Positions 61,547 through 64,000 of a stretch of DNA of 64,000 bases are shown in pieces. The position numbers and the translations under genes are program-made. The DNA comes from Anthoceros angustus (lineage: Eukaryota; Plantae; Anthocerotophyta), in the NCBI GenBank assembly GCA_010909165.1, contig MU008187.1:562247-626246 (forward strand), read 5' to 3'. The number at the start of each line of letters is the position of its first letter. Positions within the stretch are counted from its first letter, which is position 1. The notes beneath the pieces are model-generated. The model saw only the letters and a list, made by a program, of their open reading frames with translations, ran no database searches and was not told where the DNA came from.

Positions 61547-61915
61547 TTTGGACGAATGAGTGCGTAGATGGGGTGCCATCCATCCCCCATCTTTATGCTT
61601 TACATAGCCTTGCTACAAAACCCCACAGCCCGCGACCTCAAACCTAACTATCCAACTACGAAACGGGCAAAGCCCGTCTGTAAGGAGATGGACACGTGGC
61701 TGCTGCCAGCCATCTTCGGGTGTAGGTTCCTGCAGCTCTGCCCGGAAGTTGGAACCTGCTCTGTGAGCGGGGGTGCTGATGCAAGCTCAGTTTGAATATG
61801 CATTTATCCGCTTCTATGAAAACGTCTCTCGCTTTCTTCTGTCCGTATATGTACTGCACATACGTTCACTTGTTACGAGACCAGGCAAGTCTGCGAGGAG
61901 TGAAGCCAGGCAGCC

Positions 61916-62959
61916 ATGGCCATGGCCATGGCCTTGAGCAGAAGCGCCTCGCTCAGGCTATGCGAGCCGGTGCACCTCCAGCGGACGCGCCATGACAGCG
62001 GAAGCAGAAATAGAAGCTCCGTGAGCGTGAGAGCGTCGGGCGAGTCCGGCAAGAGGTTGCGGAGGCTTGAAAACGTGGAAGGTGAATTCTTCGTGGACAA
62101 GAGCTGCATCGACTGCGACACATGCCGGTGGATGGCGCCGGCCACCTTCTCCGCCAAGGCAGGCCAGTCGGCGGTGCACCAGCAGCCGGCCACGGAGCAG
62201 GAGCGGCTCAAGGCGCTGCAGGCGCTGCTGTCGTGCCCCACGGGCTCCATCCGCACCCAGACGCCGCCTCCCGACATCTTCCAAGCGCAGCTCACCTTCC
62301 CCATACCTGTGGCGGAGGACGGCCAAACCCTACCCGGCGTCTACCACTGCGGCTACCACTCCCCCAAGTCCTTTGCCGCCACCACCTACCTCGTGGTCCG
62401 GGACGGGGGCAACATCCTGGTGGACTCCCCGCGCTTCACCGAGAAGCTGGCCGCGCGGCTGGAGAGCATGGGAGGCGTGCGCTACCTCCTCCTCTCGCAC
62501 GTGGACGACATCGCCGAGCACCAGCGCTGGCAGCAGCGATTCCGGTGCGAAAGAATCATGCACGAGACGGAGATCCATCGCGACGCGGGATTGGCTGGCG
62601 TGGAGATGCCGCTCCGGGGCGTCGGGCCCTGGCCTCTCGGCCCGGACGCTGAGCTTGTGTTCAATCCCGGGCATTCCCCTGGCTCCGTCTCGCTTTTCTT
62701 GAAGGACAGGATGGCTCTGTTTACAGGGGACCACGTCGCTTCAGGGGAGGATGGGGAGTTCCAGATCCATCGCGAGTACAATGCACACTCTGTGGAGGTG
62801 CAAATCGAAAGCCTGCGGAACGCCACAATGCCCCTGCATTTTGTGTGGTTGCTCCCTGGCCATGGAAGGAGGTACAAATTCGACAGCCTTGAACACAAGA
62901 ATCGAGTGCTTGAGGACGTGATTGCACGTGAGGAGGCCTTATTCACTAACAAGTCATGA
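61916..62959 (+). CDS. Ferredoxin / metallo-beta-lactamase-fold protein with predicted plastid transit peptide, copy 2
   Basis: 347-aa intronless paralog of 54343-55380; CIDCDTC...CP, SHVDDIAEH, PGHSPGS, FTGDH, LPGHG. Confidence 0.9.
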   Translation: MAMAMALSRSASLRLCEPVHLQRTRHDSGSRNRSSVSVRASGESGKRLRRLENVEGEFFVDKSCIDCDTCRWMAPATFSAKAGQSAVHQQPATEQERLKALQALLSCPTGSIRTQTPPPDIFQAQLTFPIPVAEDGQTLPGVYHCGYHSPKSFAATTYLVVRDGGNILVDSPRFTEKLAARLESMGGVRYLLLSHVDDIAEHQRWQQRFRCERIMHETEIHRDAGLAGVEMPLRGVGPWPLGPDAELVFNPGHSPGSVSLFLKDRMALFTGDHVASGEDGEFQIHREYNAHSVEVQIESLRNATMPLHFVWLLPGHGRRYKFDSLEHKNRVLEDVIAREEALFTNKS

Positions 62960-63582
62960 CACTCATTCCACCAACGAGCTGCCAGGTTGCAAAGTACCTC
63001 AAACCGTAAGGGGGTTACGAGCTGAATTGCAAGATCTGAACATAGCGGAATTCTAGTTCAAGTGTACATAGTCAGTGTGGGTCTTTTTCCAGACTGCGTA
63101 CGCTCCATCCCACACTGTATGTAATACATCAAATCTTCCCTGTATTCTTCTTGCATAGAGTATTACAAGTCGGTGCCCTGTTCGGGCTGTCCAAGAAAAA
63201 CAGGCGGGCATTAGGAACGAGCATCTTTCTACGTAAACAACTGCACAGACAAATCCTGTCATTTGCAGTGTTTAAGTGTAATAAGCTGCTTGCCGGCAGC
63301 TCTTTTAGATTCTTCCTGGAGAGAGAGAGGGCACAACCCGGCTGTCTGCATTCGCAGCTGGCTAGGTGGTTGAGGCATCGCGGGATCCCTCGGCCGGCGT
63401 AACCGGATCAAGTGAATGGCAGCAGCAGGCGCAGGTTCTCTCTGCCTGGGTTTTCATGTACAGGGAGGGCCGGGCCCGTTGGGCGGTTATATATGGCACC
63501 CGCTCCACTCTTGGCGTCCTTATGTCATACCCAGCTCCTTCGGCTTGGCAGATGGACTAGAGAGTGGAGGGGGGGTCGAGAG

Positions 63583-63900
63583 TCATAGCTGTTTAGATTC
63601 CTCCATGTCCAGCAAAGCTTTGTCTGCCTTCTCAACTGCTGCTGCGAGATCGCTCTCGGAAGGGAGCAATCCAAGGAAAGGTAGTGGAAGGAGGGAGGAC
63701 ACATTGCAGATGATGAGGAGGAGGAGCAGGTGATCGAAGTTCGTGCTGGTGACGCCCAGCACCTGTGTCAGCCCGGCGCCCATTAGTCCGCCTGTGACGC
63801 CGGCTCCGTTGCTGATGGACATGAGTGTTGCGAACAGGGTGGCTTCGACACCTGGGGGACAAAGCCTGGCTGCCAGAACTAGGATAGGCATGAAGGATAC
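63583..63900 (-). CDS. FBT1: Folate-biopterin transporter (BT1/FBT family), last exon; the gene continues beyond the window
   Basis: [40 protein letters not shown] signature. Acceptor CTCTCCAG at 63901 and donor GTGAGT at 64000 define a 100-bp intron. Confidence 0.88.
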   Translation of the reverse strand, partial: VSFMPILVLAARLCPPGVEATLFATLMSISNGAGVTGGLMGAGLTQVLGVTSTNFDHLLLLLIICNVSSLLPLPFLGLLPSESDLAAAVEKADKALLDMEESKQL

Positions 63901-64000
63901 CTGGAGAGGCCAGTAGGAGCCACTGGTTATTTCTAGAACAATGTAAACAGACCTCGTTCACCCAAACCATGGTACTCGTTGAGGGGTCGGGCTGACTCAC

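Noticed and set aside
54343-62959. Bacterial contamination or recent HGT of the GC-rich intronless ferredoxin-MBL genes
   Set aside because: Transit-peptide-like N-termini and flanking plant PPR, Copia and spliced genes indicate nuclear genes. Endosymbiotic origin is sufficient; a phylogeny would be needed to claim more.
51471-64000. Functional cluster of PPR, ferredoxin-MBL and folate transporter
   Set aside because: All are plausibly organelle-targeted, but adjacency in a compact genome is not evidence of a shared pathway.

Overview
This is eukaryotic nuclear DNA from a land plant, most likely a hornwort (inferred from a DRH-type PPR editing factor and a 100-bp intron). The first ~50 kb is a transposon nest. 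It holds a truncated Copia (2431-4654), an inverted/tandem duplicated TE accessory ORF (5.4-9.9 kb) and TA/TACA microsatellites. It then has three nested levels: Copia X (12252-49011) contains Copia Y (13252-45797, TSD ACCAA), which contains a 3.2-kb inverted-repeat-bounded insert and a 21.9-kb Gypsy (23484-45380, TSD GCACC). The Gypsy LTRs are very large (~4.4-kb core) and appear to carry an ORF. A ~0.8-kb block spanning the X integrase and the Y 5' LTR is inverted. The last 14 kb is genic: a PPR pseudogene; an intact PLS-PPR with a DYW:KP/DRH deaminase (candidate U-to-C editing factor) fused to an N-terminal OSB-type PDF motif; two head-to-head ferredoxin/metallo-beta-lactamase-fold genes with transit-peptide-like N-termini, separated by a Copia with non-canonical TA..TA ends; and the last exon of a folate-biopterin transporter. 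The repeat regions are full of 1-2 bp indels and kb-scale tandem duplications that look like long-read consensus error, so frameshifts there should not be taken at face value. All alignments were done by eye.
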